DNA from: Octopus sinensis
Taxonomy: Eukaryota
Direction: 5' to 3'
Assembly: GCF_006345805.1 (NCBI RefSeq)
Contig: NC_043007.1
Coordinates: forward strand, 68,696,001-68,760,000
DNA length: 64,000 nucleotides
Shown here: positions 1 to 14,140 of the stretch, in pieces
Layout: each line of letters opens with the position of its first letter
How positions within the stretch are numbered: the stretch's first letter is position 1
Made by a program: the position numbers and the translations under genes
Notes under the pieces: generated by a model
The model's database searches: none
What the model was told of the DNA's origin: nothing
What the model saw: the letters and a program-made list of their open reading frames with translations, nothing else

Positions 1-962
1 TAGAATCAATAAAAAGTTCATGGAACCAAATTGTAGTCCAATTTAAAATACTAATTCTTAATTCAACATTTTCATTCATTTAAAAACATTTGTTAGCTAA
101 TATTGCTTAATTTTACTCGACATATACTAAAAAATATAAAAGTTACAAATTATAGAGAAATAAAAATCATTTATTCATTTATCCAAAAGTTCTAAGGTAT
201 GAGTATCAGACAACCTCTAACCAAATTTCTTTGCCGGTTTTGAAGAATTTAGCTCGCAGAAAATATGTTGATCAAATAACTACAGTAGCACTATTAAGAA
301 TTTTCACTTCTTAAAAAAAAACAATTATCCTTTTCGGGGTTGATTCTCATTAAACAAAACGGTAATAAGATAACTAGATTCAAATAAAAATACAAATAAA
401 TGATTTAAAATTGGTGCCTCAGGTAACAACTCGCATCTAATCATCAATACCGTTTAATGTAATTATATACATTCTTTCTTATCATGCAAAGTTACAGACA
501 AATGTACAATGTCAGGCACTCGCATTGTTTTGTACATGCTCAAAAACACAAAAGGGAAAACGAGCGCTCGCAATACAATAAACATGCAAATAAATATACT
601 TTTTATACAATTGAATGTGCAATCAAAATTTAAATGCATTTTGGACACAAATATATGTTACTAAACGCTAACGTGAGAACATCGACCTCTTATAAAAAAT
701 AACTATATAATACACATATGTAACAAAATAAATAATTATAAACATCCATTTACTCTAGCAAACAATGACTGCACATACACAGGTATACTGCAAGCAAGTT
801 TGATGAGCAAATCCCATATCTTTACAAGGAGGAAGAATGGCGAAAAGACATAGACATAGATATGTAGGGATACACATAAATACACGCACTCACATACACA
901 TACACATACACATGTACATATACATACACAGAAATATATGTATGTGTGTGCGTGTATGTATG

Positions 963-1006
<44 letters not shown>

Positions 1007-3024
1007 TGGGGGGGTGTATCAATTCTTTTACTCGTTTCAGTTCTTGTACAGCGGCCATCTTGGGGTGCCGCCCTGGAAACTTGCCCCAGATGAAGATTGA
1101 ACTCATGGCTTTCAGGTGATCAGATTCTGCAATGTACGTTCTTAATTATGAGACAGATACGTTGTCTACCACGCTATCGTGGGATTTCCTCCACTCTCAT
1201 CCTACCACTTCAACCACTAAACGTACACTCACACACACATATATATCTGTACACACATGCTCTTCATATATGGTAGCAATAACAGTGATGGTGGTGTATC
1301 TCTGTTGTACGATGATGATTCAGTCGTTCATTCAACTGAATTAACTTCTCTTGAATTAACGTGTAAGCGCTCGATCAATTCAGACGTGCATCAGGTTGAA
1401 TCAATATGGTACGCTGTATGACAAGTTGTAATCATTTTACATTATGGTTACAATCCACTAGACAAGGAGTTTCCGTCTCGCTAAATTCACTCACAAGCTG
1501 TGGGTCAAGTTGAGGTTACACATAACATATACATAAAATATCATGCAATGGGTTTGAACCCAAGTTCTCATGGTCGCGAACCAAATTTTTTTAGCCAGAT
1601 AACGATCAGAGCAAACATACATAATATCCATATAACTAAATTAACGACACAACTTTTTTTTTATTGGAAGTTTCCTTTAAGTATATTAAGGAATTATCTT
1701 AAGAAGGTAGATATATCCAACGTGATAATGTAGCAGGTAATTAGGTGAGAGTTGAATGGTTCGAATGATATCATTTTACTGATAACTACTAAATCACTTC
1801 ATGATTAAAGTCACGAATAAAGATTTAAAATTTACGAATCAGTAAGCAGTAGATAATATCTATAATATATACCTAAAAAGAGACAAAAACAAAAACAGTA
1901 TATATTTATTTCTCCCCAAGCAGAGACGGTTTCTGTCTAGACTTTGCAGAGTTGAATAAAGCTGGAAAGAAAGTCTAAAGTAGCAAATATATTATATTGG
2001 AAAATATAACATTGGAAATTTGATTGACGAGGGCTTGGATACGAAATCACGATTCCACCACCTATCATGAAAGCTTAGAAGTGCAAACAATAAAATACAA
2101 TATCTCAGGTATTATGTAGTATATTTAAAAAATCTATATACCTGTGCAATATGACATTATTTCCAATTATCTATGGCTTATGTTGGCCAAATATAGGACC
2201 AAGAACAGAAAGCTATTTATAGCAAGACGTTTACTTTCATAAACGAACTCAACGAATAATGCATTTATGCCTTCACATGTCCCACTAAGACGAGTCATAT
2301 TTTCTTTGAATTAAAGATTTTAAACGTAGACTGCACTTGAAGATGTCAAAACATGCTGCATGCCAATCTGCTTTTTATTAAGAAAGCTTCATATGAATTC
2401 CCAAGTAAGTTTAGTCTGAAATACACACATTCTTCCACATTACTAGACATTCTCGCAATAGAAAACTTATCTTTCTTAATGTTAACATTAATTTGTATGT
2501 CAATACTAATTTAATTTATTGAATAACTGTCCACATACCGTCTGGCATCTTTTCTCACCGATCTCTTTCCTGCGGATATTAACTTTAAGCAGAACTTACA
2601 GACATGACTCTCATCTGTCCGGGTCCTTAGGCCATTTCAACCAAGCGCAGGAAGCAAACAATAAATAAATCACTAAAATAAAAATAATAAATAAATCGAA
2701 TATAGCTAAATAAAAATATAAAATAAATAAAAGAAAATAACTTCTACAAGAAAATTTCATCAGATATGTTTTTTCTTCCCGAAAACTTAAATTATTCACA
2801 TCAGACCTCATTATCAATGAAGCAATGATTTCAAAATTAATGGCTATATCTCTTAGTTAGGTGATATACTCCTACACAAGTAGCTTTGTTGTAAACATAG
2901 CTGTCTGGTCAAGATATTCACTTCGCAAACATGTGGTTTTATCCGACTACGTGTCACCTTGGATGGCTTCTTCTAAAACTTCGGATTGATCTATAATACT
3001 GAGTAGAATTTGGTAAACGGAATG

Positions 3025-3775
3025 TCATCTCTCTATTTCCCCATTGCTTACTTGCTTAAGGCATTCCATCTTGAAAGATGACGACGTCGCCTTTGATCCG
3101 TAGGGGTTGTCTTGATGGCGCTGACAGGCCCTCTCGTGGCTGAAAAGTTCGATTCTGAGAGAAGCGTAGAGGGCTCCGACGAAGATGAGCTCGTCAAGAA
3201 TTTTGCTGACGTTCCTTGAGCTGTCTCCAATTTTCTTCGAGAAGTCTAGTTCGCTCATCCTCAAAATGCTGCGTACCAGTTTTGACAATACCCCTCCAGG
3301 TAGTACGGTCTGTGGCCAGTGTTTCAAGTTCACCATGGGGGATGCTGCAGAGCTTCAGAGATTTCTTGAGATGATCTTTACATCGCTTCTTTGAACCGCC
3401 GAGCGGTGGGTTACCCTCCACTATCTCTCCCAAAAGTACATCTTGGATATACGGATTTCCGGCATCCTGATAACATGCTCCACCCAGTACAGTTGACGTT
3501 CGAGGATCATGCATTCGATGCTGGTCAATTTCGCTCGTCTCAGGATCTCCGTATGCGGGATCTTGTAATTCCAGTTGAGATAAAGAATGCGCTGGAAACA
3601 GCGGATATGAAAGGATTCGTAGAGTTTGACATGACGACGATAAAGTGTCCAGGTGTCTGAGGCATACAGAAGCGTGGAAACCACAAAAGCACGATAAACC
3701 TCGATTTTCGTGGAGAGATTCAGGTCACGATTAAGGAAGACCCTATCCTTGGACGTCTCAAGGATTTCCCCATTA
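3025..3775 (-). mobile_element. RTE-clade LINE 3' fragment (RT C-terminus/thumb), frameshifted
   Basis: ORFs 3421-3795 (TKIEVYRAFVVSTLLYASDTWTLYRRHVK...RQLYWVEHVIRMPE) and 3194-3514 (GGSKKRCKDHLKKSLKLCSI...ATDRTTWR) match typical RTE/BovB ORF C-terminal motifs. Confidence 0.9.
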
Positions 3776-4834
3776 GCACACACACATGCACACATTTACA
3801 TATGAGTAAAAACTCACCAACAAATATCAACAAACGATCGAAAATCCTGCGTTTCTTGAACGAAATACACTGTAATGTTTGATCTGCATCGACTTACATG
3901 AAACTTCCATTACAAAACCAGTGAACCAGTCATTGGTTGTTGAATGTATGTATGTATGTATGTATGTATGTATGTATGTATGGTCAGACCGTCGGTGACA
4001 AAACTAGCCACGCTACAAATTGTTTGATAAGGAAGGTGACTTTTGTTGGACACCTTGCAAGATGAAAAGCAAAATCTGTCTAGAACATCAGTTTACCAGA
4101 GTCAACGGCTATCCAAGAACAGGGAATGAGTGGTTACTAACCTTTTCTAGACATCTCTCTAGGAGAGAGAAAACTTTGATGTAACATTTGCTATTTCGTT
4201 TACATCCAATGACGTAGACCAGTTCTTTTGGGGCAAACGCATACGTTGCTTGGAGTGAACTTGGTCTTCTACAAGGTCATTATCCGTTTAAAAGTTCTCA
4301 AGCACAAGTTTTAATTTTAACATCCATATTATGTGTTGCATACTATAGTTGCTGTAGCCGAGAAAGGCTAGATATAAATACGTACGCACATACATATATA
4401 TGCATATGTGCATGAGTATTCATTCAAAAGAAATATATTAATGTGTCAACGAATTGAACATCTGACTGGTCGTTTTACCAGCTAGAAGTAATAACCGAAT
4501 GTCAAATCTCCTTTAAACCGCAACCTATCTTCTTGAAATATCCCAATAAACAAACCAAAAATGCATTGGATTTTGTACACCGGAGTACACTTAGAGAAAA
4601 GGGGTGCTCACTATTAGAGTTCCCTTGAACATAAGTGCTTGTCATTTGGGCAGAAGTGGAGCTAAACAATAGCAAAAACTGCAAATATGATAAATAAAAG
4701 GAAAAGAAGCGAATGCCAGATGAAAATTGAAAACCTATTACAAGTTGCCAATCTAAACGGAAAATATGAGGACGTATGTCCCCACCGGTAATTGTTACTA
4801 TTTCCCCCCTTCCCTATCCATATATGTACAGTCA

Positions 4835-5700
4835 ATACATTACTTCGGCCGGGCTTCCACTCGGTACTCGAGGACGAAGACATTTCGGCATGCAACTCGA
4901 TCCATCATCACCGCCTTCAGTTCGTGGATAGAATTCAATCCTGTGTCTTCCTTCAGGTTGCCGATAAATGCCAGACGACATATTCCACATGTCTCGATAC
5001 CATGCTGTGGTTCCCAGAGCTTAGGTTTTGATGCTTCTTCTTCCTGATGCCGCGTGCAATGATTTGATAGGATTATGTGAAGACATCGTTCTCTGATCGT
5101 CCTGGAAAATTTTTGGAATGCTTCTACAGAGATGCTCATTAGTCAAGCGTGGCTGTCATTTCGCACCCATGTCCATTCGCAGCATCCGTATACAGCAGCA
5201 ATTTAAATTCTTCTTTGCTTATGTGACGAGTGTCAATGTTTGGTAGCCATACAGTACATTTAACAACACACTGTATAAAATATTTCAGGTTTAATATCAA
5301 AACAATTTTAATTTCATCCCCACAAAACGTTTGTTTTTGTTCCAGACTTAATCTTATATGATTTAATAATCTCTTGACAATTATATTCATATTTATGCAA
5401 TCCAATTGTACAGATCTCAGCAGATTTCATATATAAAGCCTGTAATTAATATTTCGCATTTTATTGTTAGGAAGAAAAATAAGCCTAGTTTGTTTAGTGC
5501 AAGCATTTTTTTTTATTTCTTCGCATACTGTTACCGACGGAGTGCCACGACACCAACAACATCGGACCATGTTAATGTCGCTGGACGAGTGCATTGCCGA
5601 GGAAGATGAGAGTTAAAATCTTAATTTCAATTTCAATAAAAGTGACTATGATCCCTATCACATGTACTGAGCAATCATTCGTTCGACATCAAGAACATAC
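4835..5700 (-). mobile_element. RTE-clade LINE 3' fragment, degenerate
   Basis: Minus-strand pieces WLPNIDTRHISKEE..., TIRERCLHII...HQEEEASK..LWEPQHG, LKEDTGLNSIHELKAVMMDRVACR...RPK* resemble an RTE ORF end. Confidence 0.75.
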
Positions 5701-6443
5701 ATATATACATATATACATATATTTATATATGTATGTATATATATATATATATGTATTTAGGGGTTGGACTCGAAGTACAAAAGCTATAAACAATGGCGTG
5801 TAAATAGTGTATATATAGTGTTTAAAAGCGTGTATAAAATATTTACACGTTATAATTTGTAACTCTCTCTCTACCGCGATTTCAAATGTTAAAAGTGAAT
5901 TATTTCGTGTCACCTCGAAGTTTTCAAACTTTTATGATGTCAACAATAGATATGTGTGTGTGTGTGTGTGTGTGTGCGGGGTGTCTATATATATGTGTGT
6001 GTGTGTGTGCGTGTGTGTGTGCATGTATATATATATATATGCAGAGAGAGAGAGAGAAAGAGAGACAGACATACAGAAGAGAGCGAGAGAGGGAGAAGGA
6101 GAGTGGGATAGATAGACATATATTTATAAAAGCTGTATATGTGATAGTGAAGTATGTATAATATATGTGTAAGTGAACCTTCATTTTATTGATTTTCAGT
6201 TTAAAAACCGTTAGATACATTCAGTTGCTATATTTCTTTTAAAATCTGAAGACAGAGAAATAAAGAGATAAAAATTCCCAATGCCATAGATTATATTTAA
6301 ATTCTTGATTCCAAGACATTTCATCTATACACTTATACAACCATCCTGGCGTTATGAAATATATCTTTAAGATTTAATACAAATAAATAAATCGCATTCG
6401 ATTGTTAAATTTCGCAGGAGTAACACTTAAAAATTTAATATAT

Positions 6444-6677
6444 ACCTATTTCTTTACTACCCACAAGGGCTAAACACAGAGAGGACAAGCAAGGACAGAC
6501 AAACGGATTAAGTCGATTATATCGGTCCCAGTGCGTAACTGATACTTGTTTAATCGACCCCAGAAGGATGAAATGCAAAGTAGACCTCGGCGGAATTTGA
6601 ACTCAGTACGTAGCGGCAGACGAAATGCGGCTACGCATTTCGCCCGGCGTGCTAACGTCTCTGCCGGCTCGCCGCCT
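6444..6677 (-). mobile_element. tRNA-derived SINE (family starting GGCGGCGAGCTGGCAG)
   Basis: Head with B-box-like GAGTTCAAATTCC, body GGGGTCGAT...AAGTACCAG, tail CCCTTGTGGGTAGTAAAGAAATAGGT. Many other copies in the window. Confidence 0.85.
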
Positions 6678-7272
6678 TCAAATTTAATATATATATATAT
6701 ACAGACGATATCTATGTATCAAACTATATAGAGACGATCTCTATGTACCATGCTGTTTGACCTGGTAGAAAAAGCAGTTAAATATTCTTAGAATCTGACT
6801 GTATTGTTATGAAAAAGAAAAAGAATAAAGTTTGAGGTGAACCGCATATTGAATAATGAAATCTGAGACAAGCAATGATTGAAAATTTCGGATAATTATA
6901 TCTGGAAACATCATTACCTCTGAAGTTTGCTTGATTAACACAAATCTCGATCTAAAACATCAACAAAATCTATTTCTTTTGAATAAGTTAATGTAACTAG
7001 GTACGTAGACAGCCGAGATAATAGGGTACCGGAGTAGCCGGTAAGTAATGAGAGGGCATCAATGGTTCTACTCCATTTTATGTCCAAATGAATGATAACT
7101 ACAATAGGCAGCGTAAGGTTAATTAAACCAAAGTTTCAGAGGGGCAGGCAATGGTTTTTTGGTTTGTAATTTAGGTAACATGAAGCATTAAATTTTAATG
7201 GGAAGCAGCTTATCGTGAACCATATTACTTTCTCAACGAAGAAATTCGAACCTATTTGCGGCTGTTTCTTAT

Positions 7273-7448
7273 ATTTGTGTGTGTGTGTGCGTGCGTGTGT
7301 GTGTGTATGTATGTGTGTGTGTGTGTATTTGTGTGTGTTTGTGTGTGTGTGTTTGTGTATTTGTGTGTGTGTCTGTGTGTGTGTCTGTCTGTCTATCTGA
7401 CTGAGTGCGTGTGGGTGTGTGTGTTTGTGTGTTTCTGTCTGTGTGTGT

Positions 7449-7506
<58 letters not shown>
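7273..7506. repeat. (GT)n microsatellite
   Basis: Directly visible dinucleotide repeat. Confidence 0.95.
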
Positions 7507-7508
<2 letters not shown>

Positions 7509-7754
7509 CAAAAGAGCCATTAAGAACAATGTAGAAGCAGCTGAAAAAGACCTACACTGCCCTGGCTGAAATTGGGTGATCGGCTGCTTGGATACAGGAC
7601 TAGGTTTGAGTAAACACGGTCTGGTTCAGGCCACAACATATATGTATATATATATTTATATATATATGTGTGTGTGTGAGTGTGTGTGTGTGTGGGTGTG
7701 GGTGTGTGTATGCGTGTGTGCGTGCACGCACTTCTGTGGTTACACACTAACATA

Positions 7755-8050
7755 TCTATTATATAAAATCTGTTCTGTCTGTCTGTGTGTGTGTCTTCTA
7801 GGATCTCAAGCATCCTCCATCCGATTACGCTAAAATTTGATATGTAATACCGACGGTATCAGGGCGTGTATAAATCTTGAAAAAATGACAAAAATCGATT
7901 CCAGGTGAGAATGCGATAGTTAAAGCCGTGGGAACGTGCATTTGTACGCGCAAGTACATCAGCTGTTGCGATCGATACTGCACGTACGCGAGAAAAATGC
8001 ACGTACAGTTTGCGCAAAAAAGCCGCCTGACTTGAAATAATGCCACAAAA
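7755..8050 (+). mobile_element. Non-autonomous Helitron-like element, 5' part (family also at 34160-34350)
   Basis: Starts A|TC followed by TATTATATAAAA..CTGTCTGTCTGTGT. Shares TTCTAGG..CATCCTCCATCCGATT..CGCT.AAATTTGATATGTA and CCAGGTGAGAATG...GTGGGAACGTGCATTTGTA with the inverted copy at 34160-34350. Confidence 0.65.
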
Positions 8051-9154
8051 AGGGACGGTCAGACAAGTTGTTTTGAGAAAATTTGGTTTAAATGCTATAT
8101 TGAAAAATGACAGTGCGCCAGCATGGCCACAGCTCGTGAGCTGAAACTAGATAAAATAAAAAATAATAAAAACCCCCTTCTCCAGTTGCATGGATGTGGC
8201 ACGAACTCTAATGCACTGTAACTCAACTACTTATGTAACATCAAAGTAATGGGTATGTTACTGTAGTTGTTTGTGGTGGTAGTTGTGGTGGTGGTGATGG
8301 GAATATTGTTAGATACACCTTTAGTTTTATTAAACATTATCGAGGTTAATTATGGTTTATTGGACAATAACTTCCAAGTGATTTGAAATTAATTTGAAAT
8401 GGATATATAAACTCATGTTAATGAACAGAAACTTAAAACGAAAGTATATAATAATATAAATTAAAAGTTCAGATATTATGTCTTATCCGAGTATTCAAAA
8501 TCTGTCTACTTACATCAAATTCTAATTTTCTCGTGAAAGTTCAATAATGAGTGATGAATTCCCTTTCGTCAAAATTGCGAACTGATACCCGTGTGCGTGT
8601 GTGTATGTGGGGGGGGTGTAATTTACTTAAATAGAAAATTTAACTTTTACTCAGCTTTCACATGTTGATGAGATTTCACAGTAAATCTCACTCATTCTCC
8701 TTTGGGGGAATTATTTACTGATATTTCATTATGGACGCAACTGACAATATTTAAGCAAACTTAACGATTTAATTTAGCAGCCATTTTATTATTACTTTTT
8801 CAACTTTATATATATTTTTTGCTTTAATTTTCAACAAAGCAAAGGTAATTTAGCATCTAAATCAATATGTTTATATCAAAATTAATTCTTAATTGAAGTT
8901 CAAAATTGATATATTATGAATCAGTAATAAGTCATAATGTAAACGTTTAAGAGGAATGTAAAAATCTGTGTGGATACGGAGTGATCCAATATATTAAAGA
9001 TATATTGCGCTCCAGTCACCCACACAATGCATGCCAAAATATTCGGAAATCCTTTGATTATGCAATGGCAAAACAACTCCACAGCAATCATGGGTAACGA
9101 AAGAAAGTATCAGCGCTTAATTACTATAATTTCGCTTTCATTATTGGCAACTTA

Positions 9155-10010
9155 AGGCGGCGAAGGAATAAATCATTAACACACCAAACAAAGTGCTTGG
9201 CGGTATTTCGTCTCTCTTTATGTTCTGAGTTCAAATTCCGTCGAGGTCGACTTCGCCTGTTATCCTTTCGGGGTCGATAAATTAAGTACCATTTACGCAC
9301 TGGGGTCGATGTAATCGACTTAATCCGCTTGTCTGTCCTTGTTTGTCCTCTCTGTGTTTAGGCCCTTGTGGGTAGTAAAGAAATAGGTATTTCGTCCGCC
9401 TCTGTGAGTTCAAATTTCACCGAAATTAACTTTGTCTATCTTCCTCAACTACCAATGGGGTCAATGTAATCGACTTCCCTCTTCCTTTAAAATCACTGAC
9501 CATGAGCTAAATTTTGAAACAATTATTGGGTGACTTACGGCGGCGATCTGGCAGAATCTATATGCAAGTATCAGTTACGCACTTGGGTCGATCTAATCGA
9601 CTTAATCCCTTTGTCTGTCTTTGTTTGTCCTTTCTATGTTTAGCCACTTGTGGGCAATAAAGAAATAAGAATCTATACGCATCAATAAAATAAAGTGTCA
9701 CGACAAATTGTAGATTGATTTACTCGGGCAAACTACACCTCCCCATCCGTAAATTCCAGGCCTTGTAGCTAAGTGACAAACAATTTTGGGGCGACTTATC
9801 GCGGTGGATAACAGGATCGATACTGCATCGGAGAAAATAACTTGCGATATTTAGTGTTAAACATAAAGTTTTGAATTGAAATCACTTCGGTACCGATTTT
9901 GCCTTTCACATTCCCGGGTTCGATAAAATAAATAACATTCTAGTACTGAAGTCAGTATATGCGATTGTACGTTCTTTCCAAAATATCTGGGCTTTTGTCT
10001 TTGCAAGAAT
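9155..10010 (+). mobile_element. Cluster of full and partial tRNA-derived SINE copies
   Basis: Repeated GAGTTCAAATTCC..GAGGTCGACTT, GGGGTCGAT and GTAATCGACTTAATCC motifs. Confidence 0.8.
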
Positions 10011-10577
10011 ACATTACTTGGCTAAAAATCACATTTTCAGTTATATTTCTTACCATTTCTTTTTCTCTAAAATATGGAATACTAACAGAAACGGCTTTAT
10101 TGTGTCTCTCTTCAGTCACATTCATCTGATCAGACCAATGAATCTAATAATCCGTTTCATGAATTATTATGGAGAAGTTAAATTTAGGGAAATCTGAGTT
10201 ACTATATATTAAATGCAATTCTAAGGCGAAAGAATCCTCGATAACAAATGTTACATTTTAGGAATATACATGACTGCTAAATATGTAATCAGCGATATGC
10301 ACATGGCCCCACACATACGCAACGACGCCCATGCATGTTCATAAACACACATGCACGCACACACACATACACATACACTCATACCTTTGTATGTTTCCAA
10401 ATATAAGAAACCTAGGAAGCACTGAATATTACCCTTTAGAACTCCTTAGAACATTTTGTATGTATACATACATAAACACATACAAACATACGCATATGCA
10501 TGCATACACATATGCATACATACATACATACATACATACATACATACATACATACATACATGCTTACATACACATTT

Positions 10578-10687
10578 ACCCTGTTGTTGATGTTGAAATT
10601 CCAATGTAGGAGCCTTGGATCTCGGTTAGAAACCGATTCTTTCTCTATTGGTAAGAAATCTTGAAATAAACTGAATAATGACATACA
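10578..10687 (+). mobile_element. Short repeat embedded in (ACAT)n; probable 3' terminus of the R4-like RLE element
   Basis: TGTTGTTGATGTTGAAATTCCAATG..GG.GCCTTGGATCT.GGTTA recurs at 29062-29118, just after the (ACAT)n that follows RLE copy 1. Confidence 0.55.
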
Positions 10688-10932
10688 TCTCTTATTATAA
10701 AAGGCAGATTTTATCTGCCTCCCTTTGGGAGTTATACAAATCTACAATATAGGATTTCTTCAATTACAATTTACCTAGCAGTTTTAAGAGTACAATGCTT
10801 CGCGTCATGCCAGGTCCAGTTTTTAAAATTTAAACTCCAATTAAGCAAAATTTACAGAAAACTCACATTCTGGTGTGTGTGTCAAATGCTTTTCTTAGTC
10901 TGGTTTACACCACACGCAAACGCACACACACA
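10688..10932 (+). mobile_element. Helitron-like non-autonomous element, 5' part (family TCTTATTATAAAAGGCAG), copy A
   Basis: About 240 bp nearly identical to 13137-13378; starts with TC after A. Confidence 0.6.
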
Positions 10933-11205
10933 GTGGGCAACGAATAAAATGAAAGTAAATAGCGACAGAGTGATTTGAGGAAGACTAAACTGAAAGTATT
11001 CTGTCTATGACGCTGATAGATACATGAGTAAAATGTATGGGAAGCTAAGAGCTAAGAGTGAGTGAAAATGTTCTTGGAAGAGAGTAAATAGCGAGAGAGA
11101 GAGTGATTTGAGGAAGACTTTCATTAAATAACGGTAGTGGCTTGTGTTAGTAATAAAGTAAACATACACTCATACATACATACATACATACATACATACA
11201 TACAT

Positions 11206-11236
<31 letters not shown>

Positions 11237-11519
11237 TACATACACACATACATACACACATACATACATACACACATACATACATACATACATATACATA
11301 CATACATACATATACATACATACATACACACACACACATACACACACACAGTATTGAAGCTTGAGAACAATCAGATACATTTGCAACACATCTATTGAAA
11401 ATATTATTGTTCACACACATACATATACATATATACATACAGACAGACAGACAGATAGACACACACACACACACACATGATCCAGCATGGCCACAACCTC
11501 AAGGCTGAAACATATAAAA

Positions 11520-11895
11520 GAATAACAGAATATAAATGTGTGCAAAGTACAAGAAATATTAATGCAGTATATGGAGATTGGACAATAAGCGTAAGGCAGT
11601 GTCAATGGTGGTTCCAAAATTCCCGAGCCATAAACTACAGCCTAGAAGACGAGCCTCATCCTGAAAGATCTGTAGAACTCGACAAGGACATCCTGAAAAC
11701 CCTGGTGGAACACAATCTCATCGTAACTGTTGAGGAACTAGCAGAGAAGCTTGGATTTGGTCATTCAACCATTCATTGAGACCTTTGTGCTATCGGAAAA
11801 GTCAGCAATTGGGTCAATGGGTTCCTCACGAACTTTCCGAGTCTAATTGCATGCAGAGAGTGAATGTATGCTTTTCTTTGCTGTCACATCTCACC
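11520..11895 (+). mobile_element. Mariner transposase N-terminal (HTH) fragment
   Basis: STRNINAVYGDWTISVRQCQWWFQ...SLEDEPHPERSVELDKDILKTLVEHNLIVTVEELAEKLGFGHSTIH is a typical mariner N-terminus. Confidence 0.85.
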
Positions 11896-11913
11896 ACTAC
11901 TGCGCTATGTATA

Positions 11914-12539
11914 TCTATATATATAAAACTGTAGTTGTGTGAGTGTCTGTCCCCTTCGATTTAGATTCCTAACTACTCCCACATTTTGCGGTGGCAGCTT
12001 AACCAAATTCGGGTAGCTTATAGTCGTGATTCTTATCGAGCCCGTCTGAATATTAGCGCGCGTCTACGATGAGTCTACGATTTTAAAAATAATTTAACAT
12101 CATTTTTTATTCCCTTTTAATGCATAATTTTTCGTGTGTCGATGGCGTCCACGCTCACACCTGCACCTGTGGGGAAGGGAGTGTAAGGAAATCAACGTCG
12201 TAATGCGTTGTCAAGGAGACCAGTGTTCTTTTAGAACAACGACTTCATGGCTTGAAGACACCAAAACAGAAATGGCTAAGAAAGCGTCTACATGAGTCTA
12301 CGATTTAAAAAAATTTACCATCGTTTTTTTTTATTTTAATGAATTTTTTTTTCGCTATTATATAAGGGAAGTAACTCTCTAAAAATGTCTACGATGAGTC
12401 AACGATTTAAAAAAAAATTACCATCATATTTTTCCATTTTAATGCATTTTTTGCTATTTTTTTGGCTATAACTCTCTAAAAATGCTTAGATATAGTTATT
12501 TCCCTTACAAACCCGAGCAACGCCGGGCGATACTGCTAG
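11914..12539 (+). mobile_element. Complete non-autonomous Helitron (626 bp) with three internal ~100-bp subrepeats
   Basis: A|TC 5' end, CTAG|T 3' end, hairpin CCCG-AGCAACGC-CGGG at 12512-12527, no TSD. Second copy at 14140-14536. Confidence 0.9.
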
Positions 12540-12540
12540 T

Positions 12541-12553
12541 ATATATATAAATG

Positions 12554-12590
<37 letters not shown>

Positions 12591-12740
12591 GTATATTATA
12601 TATATATATATATTATATATTATATATAAATGTATATATATATATATATATATATATAAATGTATATATATATATATATATTAAGTAATATATATATATA
12701 TATATATATTAATGTATATATATATATATATATATAAATG

Positions 12741-12775
<35 letters not shown>

Positions 12776-12857
12776 AATGTATATATATATATATATATAA
12801 TATTATATATAATATATGATATATATATATATATATAATATATATATATATATATAA

Positions 12858-12892
<35 letters not shown>

Positions 12893-12990
12893 GTATATAT
12901 ATATATATAAATGTATATATATATATATATATATTAAATGTATATCTATATATATATATATATATATAATATATATAAATGTATATATAT

Positions 12991-13024
<34 letters not shown>

Positions 13025-13032
13025 TAAATGTA

Positions 13033-13078
<46 letters not shown>

Positions 13079-13136
13079 GTATATATATATATATATATAT
13101 ATTATATTATATATAATATATGTATATATATATATA
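12541..13136. repeat. Long (TA)n microsatellite with AATGT interruptions
   Basis: Directly visible. Confidence 0.95.
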
Positions 13137-13733
13137 TCTTATTATAAAAGGCAGATTTTATCTGCCTCCCTTTGGGAGTTATACAAATCTACAATATAGG
13201 ATTTCTTCAATTACAATTTACCTAGCATCTTTAAGAGTACAATGCATCGCGTCATGCCAGGTCCAGTTTTTAAAATTTAAACTCCAATTAAGCAACATTT
13301 ACAGAAAACTCACATTCTGGTGTGTATGTCAAATGCTTTTCTTAATGTGGTTTACACCACACGCAAACGCACACACACACAAAGGGAGCGACTGTTTCAC
13401 TGACGCTATCACCCTTCTCCTCCTTTGTCTTTGCAAGTTGGCAGCTATTAAAGTGAAAACAGTGAATCCGACAGCGATAAAGAAAACGAATTGGTACCTG
13501 AATGGAGTGAAAATTTAAAAACTGTTTTTTCGGTGATTTTTCTGAAGAAACTGCACCAAGCCACAGAGTTTCCCAGAAGAGTAAAGCCTTAGACTATTTC
13601 TATTTACTTTTTCGAATGAGCCTATTTGAAATCATTACGCTAAACGTAAACAAAACGAAAGAAGGATAGTTTGTTATTTCCCACAACCTTAAATGAAATT
13701 AAGGCCTATTTTGCCATAATATTATTATGGTAT
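13137..13733 (+). mobile_element. Helitron-like element, 5' part (family TCTTATTATAAAAGGCAG), copy B
   Basis: Homologous to 10688-10932; runs into the 116-bp tandem array. The 3' limit is uncertain. Confidence 0.55.
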
Positions 13734-14140
13734 CAGAAAGTTACCCAGAATAACAAATTCTATCGTAAAATTTTGTTGTATACCCAATTGAATATTAGCT
13801 AATAACCCATTTTCTATAGCGATGTTTGAACAAAATTTTAATAATTTTACAGAAAGTTACCCAGAATAACAATTCTATCGTAAAATTTTGTTGTATACCC
13901 AATTGAATATTAGCTAATAACCCATTTTCTATAGCGATGTTTGAACAAAATTTTAATAATTTTACAGAAAGTTACCCAGAATAACAAATTCTATCGTAAA
14001 ATTTTGTTGTATACCCAATTGAATATTAGCTAATAACCCATTTTCTATAGCGATGTTTGAACAAAATTTTAATAATTTTACAGAAAGTTACCCAGAATAA
14101 CAAATTCTATCGTAAAATTTTGTTGTATACCCAATTGAAT
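13734..14140. repeat. 116-bp tandem repeat, ~3.5 near-identical copies
   Basis: Unit CAGAAAGTTACCCAGAATAAC... starts at 13734, 13850, 13965 and 14081. Confidence 0.95.

Noticed and set aside
783-2000. Short protein-like frames ([21 protein letters not shown]; DGFCLDFAELNKAGKKV; GGVSLLY...VESIWY)
   Set aside because: No recognisable domain or consistent splice chain. The last resembles a decayed LINE endonuclease (GGV.LY...VESIWV).
2611-2817. Minus-strand ORF ending WLKWPKDPDR next to a GTAAGT donor
   Set aside because: All three frames between the nearest acceptor and the donor contain stops; no homology recognised.
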